This document shows positions 1 to 8,455 of a DNA stretch of 64,000 bases, in pieces. The notes below the pieces were generated by a model. It ran no database searches. It was not told where the DNA came from and saw only the letters and a program-made list of their open reading frames with translations. This DNA is from an uncultured Planctomycetales bacterium. GTDB taxonomy: Bacteria; Planctomycetota; Phycisphaerae; UBA1845; JAFGLZ01. A program made the translations under genes and the position numbers. Where the stretch lies: contig CAYMLO010000010.1 of the NCBI GenBank assembly GCA_964390905.1, positions 18,186 through 82,185 on the forward strand, read 5' to 3'. Each line of letters begins with the position of its first letter. Within the stretch, counting starts at the first letter, position 1.

Positions 1-775
1 GGTTGATGGCCACGTCGATCACGATCGCGCCGTCCTTGATCATGTCGGCCTTGATCAGCGGCGACAGGTCCGGGACGGGCGGGTTCTCGCCGGCCTTCTT
101 GGCCCGGTTGTAACGCTGCCAGACCGCCTGGGCCTTGCCCGTCCCGACGAACAGGATCTCCGCCTGCTTCGTATGGGCGGCCAGGTCCTTCGTGGCGATG
201 TGGCAGACCGTCACCGTGGGCGACTCCATCAGCGATTGCAGCAGGATCGCCGCGATCGGCTTGCCGACGATCTCGCTGTGCCCGACCACCACCGCCTCCT
301 TGCCCGCCAGGTCCACGCCCGTGCTCTTGAGCAGCTCGACCGCACCGGCCGGCGTGCACGGCTGGACGATCCCACCGCCGTAGAACAGCCGACCCATGTT
401 GGCCGGGTGCATGCCCTCGACGTCCTTGTCCGGATCGATCGTGACCTGCACCTTCCGGGCGTCCATGTCCGGGCCGAGCGGCATCTGCAGGATCATCCCC
501 GTCACGCCATCGTCTTCGTTGAGGCGCTTGATCTCATCGAGCACGTCCTGTTCCGAGCAGTTCTCGTCGAGCTGGTTCAAGTCGTAGATCAGCCCGATGC
601 TCTCGCACGCCTTCTTCTGCTGGTTGACGTAGATCCGCGACGCGGGGGGATCGCCCACCTGGACCGCCACCAGGTGCGGCGGCTTGCCCGCCTTCTTGAG
701 GGCCTCGACTTCCTCAGCCAAGCCGGCCTTGATCTTGTCGGCCAGCGCCTCACCGTCCAGTATCTGTGCAGCCAT
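1..775 (-). CDS. folD: Bifunctional methylenetetrahydrofolate dehydrogenase/cyclohydrolase FolD (C-terminus cut by the window edge)
   Basis: Absent from the ORF track because it runs off the left edge. Reverse-strand translation from the start codon (CAT at 773-775) reads MAAQILDGEALADKIKAGLAEEVEALKKAGKPPHLVAVQVGDPPASRIYVNQQKK...AVVVGHSEIVGKPIAAILL...VIDVAIN, the typical FolD pattern. Confidence 0.9.
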   Translation of the reverse strand, partial: MAAQILDGEALADKIKAGLAEEVEALKKAGKPPHLVAVQVGDPPASRIYVNQQKKACESIGLIYDLNQLDENCSEQDVLDEIKRLNEDDGVTGMILQMPLGPDMDARKVQVTIDPDKDVEGMHPANMGRLFYGGGIVQPCTPAGAVELLKSTGVDLAGKEAVVVGHSEIVGKPIAAILLQSLMESPTVTVCHIATKDLAAHTKQAEILFVGTGKAQAVWQRYNRAKKAGENPPVPDLSPLIKADMIKDGAIVIDVAIN

Positions 776-866
776 GCTCGTCTCCCATCTGCTCGTCAAA
801 TGTCCGGTATCTACAACCTGTTCGCGTCGGCGTCGCGGATACCGCGGGCGACGTCGACGAAGTCTC

Positions 867-1748
867 TCAACTCAGCATTTCCTGCAGCCGACCGGCGGCG
901 GCCTGGTCCACCGTCCCCTTGACCTTCGCCATCGCCAGCGCCCGACGCCCCAGCAGACGGTACAGGCCCGCCAGCTCTCCCGACACCTGCCCGATCGCCG
1001 CCAACTGCCGCTCGACCGTATCGGCGTCGCCTCGGGCAATCGGACCGGTCAGGGCGTCGATCGCGCCGAACCGGCTCACGTTCTCGAGCGTCGCGTTGAG
1101 GAGGGGCCGCATTGCCGCCGTCGCCTGCGTGCGGTCGATGCCGGCCTGCTTGGCCAGCTCCCCCGCCGCCTCCAGCAGCACGACCAGGTAGTTGCACGCC
1201 ATCACCGCCGACGCGTGGTACAAGACCTTGTTGGCCGTGCTGATCTGCTCGACCCGCCCGCCGATGGCCGCAAACAGGCCGCGCAGCACGCTTACCGCCT
1301 CGACGTCGCCCTCACAGAAGCACCACGTCCCGGCGAAATGGGACAGCGCGCTGGCCGCCGTCGCGAACGTCTGCATCGGATGGACCGACGCGACGTGGGC
1401 GCCGCACCGCTCCCTGGCCGGCGCCAACACTTCGCTGCTCAGCGCCCCGCTGCAGTGGGCGACCACCGAACCGGACCGAAACGCCCCCGCCCCCGCCAGC
1501 GATTCGCAGACCGACCCGATCGCGTCGTCGGGTGTGGTGATTAGCACGATCGCACCGCGTCGTGCGGCCTCGGCGGGCTCCGACACGGCCACGTCCACGC
1601 CCAGCATGCGACAGGCGCGGTTCGCCGATTCGGGGCGTCGGCTGGCGATGGCAGCCACCTGGTAGCCCGCCCGATGGACCAGGCACGCCAACGCCGTGCC
1701 CACCACGCCCGCGCCGATGATGACCACTTGTCCGCGCTCTTCTGCCAT
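867..1748 (-). CDS. Rossmann-fold NAD(P)-binding protein, DUF2520-type (ProC/ketopantoate-reductase-like)
   Basis: 293-aa ORF. N-terminal VVIIGAGVVGTALA dinucleotide-binding motif. The C-terminal half resembles DUF2520 proteins (LTGPIARGD). Confidence 0.6.
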   Translation of the reverse strand: MAEERGQVVIIGAGVVGTALACLVHRAGYQVAAIASRRPESANRACRMLGVDVAVSEPAEAARRGAIVLITTPDDAIGSVCESLAGAGAFRSGSVVAHCSGALSSEVLAPARERCGAHVASVHPMQTFATAASALSHFAGTWCFCEGDVEAVSVLRGLFAAIGGRVEQISTANKVLYHASAVMACNYLVVLLEAAGELAKQAGIDRTQATAAMRPLLNATLENVSRFGAIDALTGPIARGDADTVERQLAAIGQVSGELAGLYRLLGRRALAMAKVKGTVDQAAAGRLQEMLS

Positions 1749-1851
1749 CAGGACCTCGGCAGACCCAGACCCAACAGCGTCCGGCCCCGCAGCGCCAAAC
1801 GCGTCACGCTACCGTCGCCGGCAGGCGCGGTCAAGGGCACCGATGTTCGCG

Positions 1852-3753
1852 TCACTTCCCGCGAGCGCTCCCACTCGCCGTCCGTGCGGTCAGGTCCGGG
1901 ATCGCAACACCGTGTCGCCTCAGGTTGCTGCGGGCAGGATAGCGCGTGTTGAAGGCAAGGACCTTCCCCCTCACCCGCACCAGCTGAGGGCCGGCGTCCA
2001 CGCCGCTCTCGATGGTCATCGGGCTCGACCAGCTCTGCCCGTCCCGACTGAAGCGGACGACGCTATGTTGTGTCCCCTTCGGCGCGTCGTATTGCCGGTA
2101 GGCCAACGCCCAGGTTCCCGCAATCCTATAGAAGAGCGGCATCCGGCCGCGCTCGCCCAAGGACTCCGGTGCGGTCCACTGCACGCCGTCCCGCGACCGG
2201 GACAGGTAGAAACCGTCCACGGTCCCCTTGCCCTCGTCGGCGCGGATGGCGGCCAGGAAGCGGTCGGGGCCGAGCTGGACGACGGTGCACTCCGTCAGGC
2301 CCCGGTTCCCGTCGGTCGGGGTGGGCAGGGCGATCGGCTTGCCCCACGTCTTGCCCCCGTCGCGGCTCCGCATGACAAGGGCCCGGAACTCCTCCTCGCC
2401 ACGCTGGAAGTAGGGACAATAGGCCCAGCGTCCGTCCTGCATCACACAGATCGGTCCGTAGGCGTACAGGTTCGTCCCGAGGTCCATGATGGGCGTGGGC
2501 GCAGACCACGTGCGGCCGTCGTCGTCGCTACGAACCCAGCAGACCCGTTTCTGTCCGTCGTCGGTCGTGACGACCAGCAAGAGCGCACCGTCAGCGAGAC
2601 GGGTGAAGTAGCCGCCTGAAATGCGCGTGCCCTGCTGGTGGATCGTCGAGATGGTCTTCCAGTGCTTGCCCTCATCCTGGCTGGCGGTGATGCGGACCTT
2701 TCCGCCGTCGTTGAAGGACATCAGGATCGTGTCGTCCGGGCCCTCGATCCAGGTGGGTCCGGGGCTGGGACAGGGAAGCTTCGTGGTGAAGGTCTGTTCT
2801 TCCACCGGGGCCTTGGGCGGTGGGAGGGAACCGTCGGCCTTGCGATCCCCGATCCGCTGTCCGCCGACCCGCTTGATCCAATCAGCCGCCCACTTAACCG
2901 CTTCCGCGTCGTTGGTGATGGTCAGAAAGACGATTCCCTTGATGCGACGGGCGTGCGCCAACTGCAGGGCCGTCGTGCACTGTCGCTCGAGCAGATCGAG
3001 CGGCATGCGTCGGTTACCCCCGTAGTCGTAGAGATAGAGACCCAGAACGATCGGCTTGCCCGGATACTGCTGCTCGCACCGGGCCACGTTCCGGGTCAGA
3101 TCGACCACGTCCTTGGCGTGCCACGTCCAGAGGTTGATGACGTCCAGCTCGTCGATGTACTTCCGGATGCCCTTCCGGTTCATGGACATCGTGTAGAGCA
3201 CGCCCCAGACCTTCGCCTGGCCATGCGTGTCCGACAGCAGCCCGCGAATCTGCCGGATGTGCTCCGGTTTGAACCCTCGGTTGATCTTCTGCGTGCTCAT
3301 GTCGTCCAGCAGGACGCCCTCGATCTGTGGGTGCCGTTTCGTCAGCTTCCGAATGCTGGCGATGGTCTCTCGATAGACGAACGGCGGCCCCAGCCCCTCG
3401 CCGTCCGGGCTGATCTCCCAGACGAGATGCGGGGACGACGCCACCTGTTTGGTCAGGGCCTCGGCCTGCCGGTCGTCGTCGGGCAGACCGAGCCCGGCCA
3501 TCAGGACGTTGGGCACACCCAGCAGCCGGGCGCGTTCGGCCGGGCTGGCTTGCGCGAAGGTGGCCAGCGTGTGCGGGCCCTTCTTGGCCATCTCCGGATT
3601 GCCCCACACCCACATCAGGTCGCGAATCGTCTTCGCCTCGCGCACCGGCGCCGGTTTGGGCTTCGTGCCTTCGGCGGCCAGACACGGGTGACCCACGCCC
3701 AGAGCTGACACTGCAACAACCAGCGATGCGAGGAGAACGCGACTCGGTCTCAT
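1852..3753 (-). CDS. Secreted two-domain glycan-active protein: N-terminal TIM-barrel-like region plus C-terminal BNR/sialidase-type beta-propeller
   Basis: Five BNR (SxDxGxxW) repeats: SQDEGKHWKT, SDDDGRTWSA, SRDGGKTWGK, SRDGVQWTA, SRDGQSWSS. Signal-peptide-like MRPSRVLLASLVVAVSALG follows the internal ATG at 3753, which I prefer over 3813. Confidence 0.65.
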   Translation of the reverse strand: MRPSRVLLASLVVAVSALGVGHPCLAAEGTKPKPAPVREAKTIRDLMWVWGNPEMAKKGPHTLATFAQASPAERARLLGVPNVLMAGLGLPDDDRQAEALTKQVASSPHLVWEISPDGEGLGPPFVYRETIASIRKLTKRHPQIEGVLLDDMSTQKINRGFKPEHIRQIRGLLSDTHGQAKVWGVLYTMSMNRKGIRKYIDELDVINLWTWHAKDVVDLTRNVARCEQQYPGKPIVLGLYLYDYGGNRRMPLDLLERQCTTALQLAHARRIKGIVFLTITNDAEAVKWAADWIKRVGGQRIGDRKADGSLPPPKAPVEEQTFTTKLPCPSPGPTWIEGPDDTILMSFNDGGKVRITASQDEGKHWKTISTIHQQGTRISGGYFTRLADGALLLVVTTDDGQKRVCWVRSDDDGRTWSAPTPIMDLGTNLYAYGPICVMQDGRWAYCPYFQRGEEEFRALVMRSRDGGKTWGKPIALPTPTDGNRGLTECTVVQLGPDRFLAAIRADEGKGTVDGFYLSRSRDGVQWTAPESLGERGRMPLFYRIAGTWALAYRQYDAPKGTQHSVVRFSRDGQSWSSPMTIESGVDAGPQLVRVRGKVLAFNTRYPARSNLRRHGVAIPDLTARTASGSARGK

Positions 3754-3809
3754 GTCATTCCGTCCTTTCTGAAAACGCGAACCTGAGAGCCGCAAAATCA
3801 CCGCAGCTG

Positions 3810-6515
3810 TCACGACGTGCCGCCCGCCGGCGCGGGTCCCTTCTCGAACCGGATCTCATCGACGACGACCTCGACGTCCCGCGCGGAGCATGGGTCGAAT
3901 CGCAGGATCGTGATCCGGCTCCGCCACCGCGGGGTGGTCGTCAGGTCGATCGTGTACGTGTGCATCTTCCCGTCCGTCGCGAGGGGAAAATGGAAGCTGG
4001 TGGTTTCGGTCATGGCACGGCCACCGACGGAGAAGAAGATCTGGCCATTGTCGCCCTGCTTGACGTTCCCGACGAGCTGCATGCGGACAACGGCCCGCGT
4101 GAAGGCCTTGGCCCGGAACCCGCCCGTGCTGGCCACGATGGCCGGGTCCGCGGTCACCGTCTTGAACCGAAGCGCGCCATCCCGAACCGTCAGCTCCGAC
4201 ACGCCCATCATTCGCCGCCAGCCCTGGTTGCTGTTGTCGAACGACCACGTGTTGGTCTGGGGTGGGGTGGGGAAATCATACGGCCCCAGGCCGACATCCG
4301 CCGGCGCAACGTTCACCGGCCACGAGGCCGGATCGCCCTTGGCGAAGACCTTGCGCACCGCCTCCATCATCTCGAAGCCGAACTCCGTGTTGGGCTCGAT
4401 GTAGCTGCCCTCGCCCCACTCGTTGGCCGGGCCGAGCACGACGATCTTCCGGCCGATCTTCGTGCAGTATTCCTTGGCCTGGCGGAGGATATTCTCGAAC
4501 CGCGCCGGCGTCCGGCCGTTGATGATCCGCGCCCGATCGCCGTGCCACGGCCGCGAGTCCCAGCCCGTATCGACCACGGGATGGTAGATGAGCTTACCGC
4601 ACCGTGCGACCTTGGTCTCCCACGTCTTGCGGACGGTCTCGACGATGTCCTGATACTGCGTTCGCCTCCGGTCCTTGGCGAGCGCCGGCGCGTCGGCCCA
4701 TTCGTGGTAGTTGGTCGCGCCGTAGTACCCTTCCGACAGCAGCGCCTTGACGCCCGCCGCTGACTCGTGGCCGAACATGGCCAGGAACGTGATCCCCTTA
4801 TGTCCCGCCGCCTGCGCCATCTTCTGCGATTCGGCCATCGCCTTGGCGACGACCTCCGACCCCTTCAGGTCACGCCGCACGTTGTTCGGGCTCCAGATGA
4901 AGACCGCCGGCTTGCCGTCGATGTGGTAGTACGTGTCCAGCGTGAAGTATCGGTCGATCCACTCGCGGGTCACGTCGTGCCAGTCCGCCACCGAATGCGT
5001 GTTGGGCGGATTGTGGTTGGCCCACATGATGGCGACCTTCAGGGAGTCGCGGTACTTGGCCTTGCGGTAGGCCTCGAACCAGTGCTCGAGGTGCTTGTTG
5101 CCCTTGACCCAGTACCAGTCGACCAAGAAGCACTTGATGCCGTTCTCGACGGCCCACTTGATCTGCCAGTCCACGCAGGCGGGGTTCGCCTCGTCGTAGT
5201 AGCCCAGCAGCGGCTTGCGGATCGGGGCGACGCGTCGGATGCAGTCCCACTTCGCATCGGAAGGCCAGCCCGGGAAGTAGTAGATGCACACGTCCAGGTC
5301 GGTCTGGACGGGCCTCGGCTCGGGGACGTAGCTCGCCTTGGGCAGGTTCACAGGCGGCTCGAAACGCAACGTCGCCGACGTCGGCTCGGGCGCGCCCAAG
5401 CCTTCGCATACCAGCCGAGCCGTGTATGTGCCGGGCTTCTTGGCAACGACTCGCCAGGTGAGCGTCTTGGCGTCGTCGTACTCCAGCTGGTCGAGGGTCT
5501 GCTCCGCCGACGTCTCGACGCACGCCAGTCCCTCCGGCATCGCCAGTCTGACCTTGAGACCGGCCACACCCGATCCGCCGCGATTGCCGAACGTCGCGAT
5601 GACGTGAGACGGCCGTCCCACGCGGTTCACGCCGTTCTCGAAACCGAAGTACCGCACGGTCGCCTCCGGCGGCCCCGACGGCTCGGCGCCCATCCGGATC
5701 GACTCCAGGTGGACGTTGGCGTCGGTCGGCAGCCGGATGCCAAACGCCACGACCGGGTCGCGCCACTCACGAATGCCGGCCAGCTCGACGTTGTAGTGCC
5801 GAAGCTTGCCATCGCCACGCAGCGTGAAGGCCTGGCTCTTGAGCCCACGGACGTCCGCAGCGCTCCACAGGATGCTGGCCGAGGACTCCTTGTCGCATTT
5901 CAACCGCACGGTCACCCAGCCCTTGTCCTCGACGTTCAGCCGGAGCCGAGGCGCCAACAGCACGTCCGACGACGGATGCACCCGCCACGCACGCGTGTCC
6001 CCCTTCAACTCCCACGCGAAGACGTCCATCTGCGGCGGCTTGTCCTGGCCCCAGCTGACGACGCGAATCGCGTCGATGTCGAAGTGCGCGCCGTCATAGA
6101 CGTCCAGCCGGAGCTGCCGGATCGTCCCCTCCGCCTGCCAGAACGGGAAGACTGCCACCTCCTCCCACGACCGATCGCCCTTCAGTTGAAACGGCGTCTG
6201 CTTCGCGGGGGAGAACCCGCCGTACTTGCCCGTCGTCTGGCCAGACCAGAAGATCTGCCCACCGCCCGGCTTGTCCGCCCTGATCCGCAGCAGGATGAAC
6301 TGCCACGGCGTCGCGGCGAACTCGATGCCCTTGCACGTGAAGAACGGGTCCCAGTCGACGGCGTCCGCGCTGACCACGCCGTCCTTGACCGTCACCTTGG
6401 CCAGGTGGCTGTTCGCCACCCACGCCCGCACGTCCGCGTCCGTCTCGAAGGTCCATTGGGCGACGTCCGACGCGCCAACACAAGCGACCCACCCCATCAG
6501 TACCCATGCCGTCAT
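3810..6515 (-). CDS. Secreted GH99-like / WbsX-family glycan-active protein with flanking beta-sandwich (CBM-like) regions
   Basis: Central region YYFPGWPSDAKWDCIRRVAPIRKPLLGYYDEANPACVDWQIKWAVENGIKCFLVDWYW resembles the Glyco_tran_WbsX / GH99-like domain. Start moved to ATG 6515 (MTAWVLMGWVACVGA signal), which has GGAGGA 8 nt upstream. Confidence 0.55.
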   Translation of the reverse strand: MTAWVLMGWVACVGASDVAQWTFETDADVRAWVANSHLAKVTVKDGVVSADAVDWDPFFTCKGIEFAATPWQFILLRIRADKPGGGQIFWSGQTTGKYGGFSPAKQTPFQLKGDRSWEEVAVFPFWQAEGTIRQLRLDVYDGAHFDIDAIRVVSWGQDKPPQMDVFAWELKGDTRAWRVHPSSDVLLAPRLRLNVEDKGWVTVRLKCDKESSASILWSAADVRGLKSQAFTLRGDGKLRHYNVELAGIREWRDPVVAFGIRLPTDANVHLESIRMGAEPSGPPEATVRYFGFENGVNRVGRPSHVIATFGNRGGSGVAGLKVRLAMPEGLACVETSAEQTLDQLEYDDAKTLTWRVVAKKPGTYTARLVCEGLGAPEPTSATLRFEPPVNLPKASYVPEPRPVQTDLDVCIYYFPGWPSDAKWDCIRRVAPIRKPLLGYYDEANPACVDWQIKWAVENGIKCFLVDWYWVKGNKHLEHWFEAYRKAKYRDSLKVAIMWANHNPPNTHSVADWHDVTREWIDRYFTLDTYYHIDGKPAVFIWSPNNVRRDLKGSEVVAKAMAESQKMAQAAGHKGITFLAMFGHESAAGVKALLSEGYYGATNYHEWADAPALAKDRRRTQYQDIVETVRKTWETKVARCGKLIYHPVVDTGWDSRPWHGDRARIINGRTPARFENILRQAKEYCTKIGRKIVVLGPANEWGEGSYIEPNTEFGFEMMEAVRKVFAKGDPASWPVNVAPADVGLGPYDFPTPPQTNTWSFDNSNQGWRRMMGVSELTVRDGALRFKTVTADPAIVASTGGFRAKAFTRAVVRMQLVGNVKQGDNGQIFFSVGGRAMTETTSFHFPLATDGKMHTYTIDLTTTPRWRSRITILRFDPCSARDVEVVVDEIRFEKGPAPAGGTS

Positions 6516-6601
6516 GATCTTCGTCCTCCACAAGTCCGGGCCGAGAATACCCGCAAGCCGCCCCAGCGACAACGATCCAGATCGCATTGACGCCGTTGCC
6601 T

Positions 6602-6659
6602 GAGCCGCGGGATTCATCCCGCGCGGTCCAGTTGCCGCGCGGGATGAATCCCGCGGCTC
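6602..6659. repeat. Perfect 24-bp inverted repeat (10-nt spacer); each arm is itself a hairpin
   Basis: gagccgcgggattcatcccgcgcg-gtccagttgc-cgcgcgggatgaatcccgcggctc. Intergenic, between the GH99-like gene and the ABC ATPase gene. Confidence 0.9.
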
Positions 6660-6780
6660 GGGCGTTCTGCTGTTACGCGCCCAGGAATGACGCCCGTGCA
6701 ACGGAGGATCGGATGCACCCACTACCCCGACCGCTCTGCGGGGGGCTGGACACCGAACGCCATTCCCTGCTACTTAAGGG

Positions 6781-7845
6781 GTGGTGAACGGTGCGATGAG
6801 CGATCCCGCGAACACACCGACTGCCGTAACCGTCCCCGCCGAAGACGACTTCGTGCTCCGCGTCGAGGACCTTAAGACCTACTTCTACACCGTGGAGGGC
6901 GAGATCCCCGCCGTGGACGGCGTGACGTTCTCGATGCGCCGCGGGCGGACGCTCGCCATCGTCGGCGAGAGCGGCTGCGGCAAGAGCGTGACGGCCTACT
7001 CGATCCTCCGGCTGATCCAGAAGCCCGGGAGGATCGTCGGCGGCAGGATCCAGGTCTGTCCCCGCCGCGGCGATCCGATCGACGTCACCGCCCTCGACGA
7101 GAGGTCCGAGGCGCTCTACACGCTCCGCGGCGGGCTGGTGTCGATGATCTTTCAGGAGCCGATGACCGCGTTGAGCCCCGTCCACACCGTGGGCAACCAG
7201 CTCTGCGAAGCCGTCCTGCTGCACCAGGACGTCACCACCGAACAGGCCGAGGCCCGGGCGGCCGAGATGCTCGGCAAGGTGGGCATCCCCAACCCAACAG
7301 AGCGGCTGCGGCAGTACCCGTTCGAGATGAGCGGCGGGATGCGTCAGCGGGCGGTGATCGCGATGGCGATGGTCTGCAACCCCGAGCTGCTCATCGCGGA
7401 CGAGCCGACCACTGCGTTGGACGTCACGATCCAGGCACAAATCATGGCGCTGATGAAAGACCTGCAGCGGGAATCCGGGACGTCCATCCTGCTGATCACG
7501 CACGACCTGGGCGTCGTGGCGCAGATGGCCGACGAGGTGGCGGTGATGTACCTGGGACGGATCGTCGAGCAGGCCGACGTGCGGGGCGTCCTCAAGTCGC
7601 CCCGGCATCCGTACACGATGGCGCTGCTCGAGTCGCTGCCCAGCCTCGGCGAGGCCCACAAGGAGCTGCCCTCGATCACCGGCAGCGTCCCGTCGATGAC
7701 CGAAATCCCCCCGGGCTGTCCGTTCCACCCCCGCTGCGACCACTGCGACCCCGGCCGCTGCGACGTCGGCGACCCACCGGCGCTCCGACCCGTCCGCCCC
7801 GACCATCAGGTTGCATGCGTACGAGCTGAGGAGATAGATACCTGA
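6781..7845 (+). CDS. Oligopeptide/dipeptide-type ABC transporter ATP-binding protein (DppD/OppD-like)
   Basis: Walker A GESGCGKS, signature MSGGMRQR, Walker [13 protein letters not shown], and the Opp/Dpp C-terminal motif [10 protein letters not shown]. The start may be GTG 6781 or ATG 6796. Confidence 0.85.
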   Translation: MVNGAMSDPANTPTAVTVPAEDDFVLRVEDLKTYFYTVEGEIPAVDGVTFSMRRGRTLAIVGESGCGKSVTAYSILRLIQKPGRIVGGRIQVCPRRGDPIDVTALDERSEALYTLRGGLVSMIFQEPMTALSPVHTVGNQLCEAVLLHQDVTTEQAEARAAEMLGKVGIPNPTERLRQYPFEMSGGMRQRAVIAMAMVCNPELLIADEPTTALDVTIQAQIMALMKDLQRESGTSILLITHDLGVVAQMADEVAVMYLGRIVEQADVRGVLKSPRHPYTMALLESLPSLGEAHKELPSITGSVPSMTEIPPGCPFHPRCDHCDPGRCDVGDPPALRPVRPDHQVACVRAEEIDT

Positions 7846-7865
7846 AGGACGAAGGAGCAAAACAG

Positions 7866-7919
7866 GTAGGGTGGGTCGTTTCGACCCACCTGTCGGCGGG
7901 TCCGGAGGACCCACCCTAC
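7866..7919. repeat. 54-bp double-hairpin palindromic element, copy 1
   Basis: gtagggtgggtcgtttcgacccacctgtcggcgggtccggaggacccaccctac. Differs at a single position from the copy at 8517-8570. Confidence 0.9.
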
Positions 7920-8002
7920 TGTCTCGATGGATCCAATGCCCGGGGCAGGCAACGAGAGTGACTGAGTTGCAGCGTGCGCCCACATGAGGCGGAGGCCGCC
8001 CC

Positions 8003-8428
8003 GTGACGAACGAGACGAGCGTGCGGCTGGCGAGACCTGACGATCTGGATTTCGTGCGTCAGGACGGCTATGTCCCCGCGGAGGTCGCAAAACGCAAGAT
8101 CGACCTGCAGGAAGCCGTCGTGGCCGAACGCGGGGGGCAGCGGGTCGGCTACATGCGGCTTGAGTACCTGTGGTCTCTCGTCCCCTACATTGCGATGATC
8201 CGCGTGCAAGTCGAACTTCGTAGGCAAGGAATCGGAACGGCGATGCTCCATTTCGCCGAGGCGTTCCTGCGTGAGCGAGGCCACACGGCCCTCTATAGCT
8301 CCTCCCAGGCCAACGAGCCGGAGCCACAGGCGTGGCACCGCCGCATGGGGTTCGAGGAGTGTGGGATCATCACAGGGATCAACGAAAGCGGAATCGGCGA
8401 GGTGTTCTTCCGGAAGCATCTTGCCTAG
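8003..8428 (+). CDS. GNAT family N-acetyltransferase
   Basis: 141 aa with the acetyl-CoA-binding-type motif VELRRQGIGTAML. GTG start preceded by GGAGG 8 nt upstream. Confidence 0.75.
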   Translation: MTNETSVRLARPDDLDFVRQDGYVPAEVAKRKIDLQEAVVAERGGQRVGYMRLEYLWSLVPYIAMIRVQVELRRQGIGTAMLHFAEAFLRERGHTALYSSSQANEPEPQAWHRRMGFEECGIITGINESGIGEVFFRKHLA

Positions 8429-8455
8429 TCGGCGGATTGCGGGGCAGGTACACCC

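Noticed and set aside
4767-6590. Long ORFs antisense to or out of frame with recognisable genes. Examples: 4767..6590 +, 12530..14293 +, 21734..23575 +, 33130..34956 +, 34403..36787 +, 37973..39646 +, 42425..43927 -, 43815..45035 -, 52727..54274 -, 54396..56414 +, 55528..56799 -, 60637..62301 +, 62926..63987 -.
   Set aside because: Their translations are Arg/Pro/Gly/Ala-rich low-complexity strings with no recognisable motifs, typical of stop-codon-poor shadow frames in high-GC DNA. In every case the opposite or alternate frame encodes a protein with clear family signatures.
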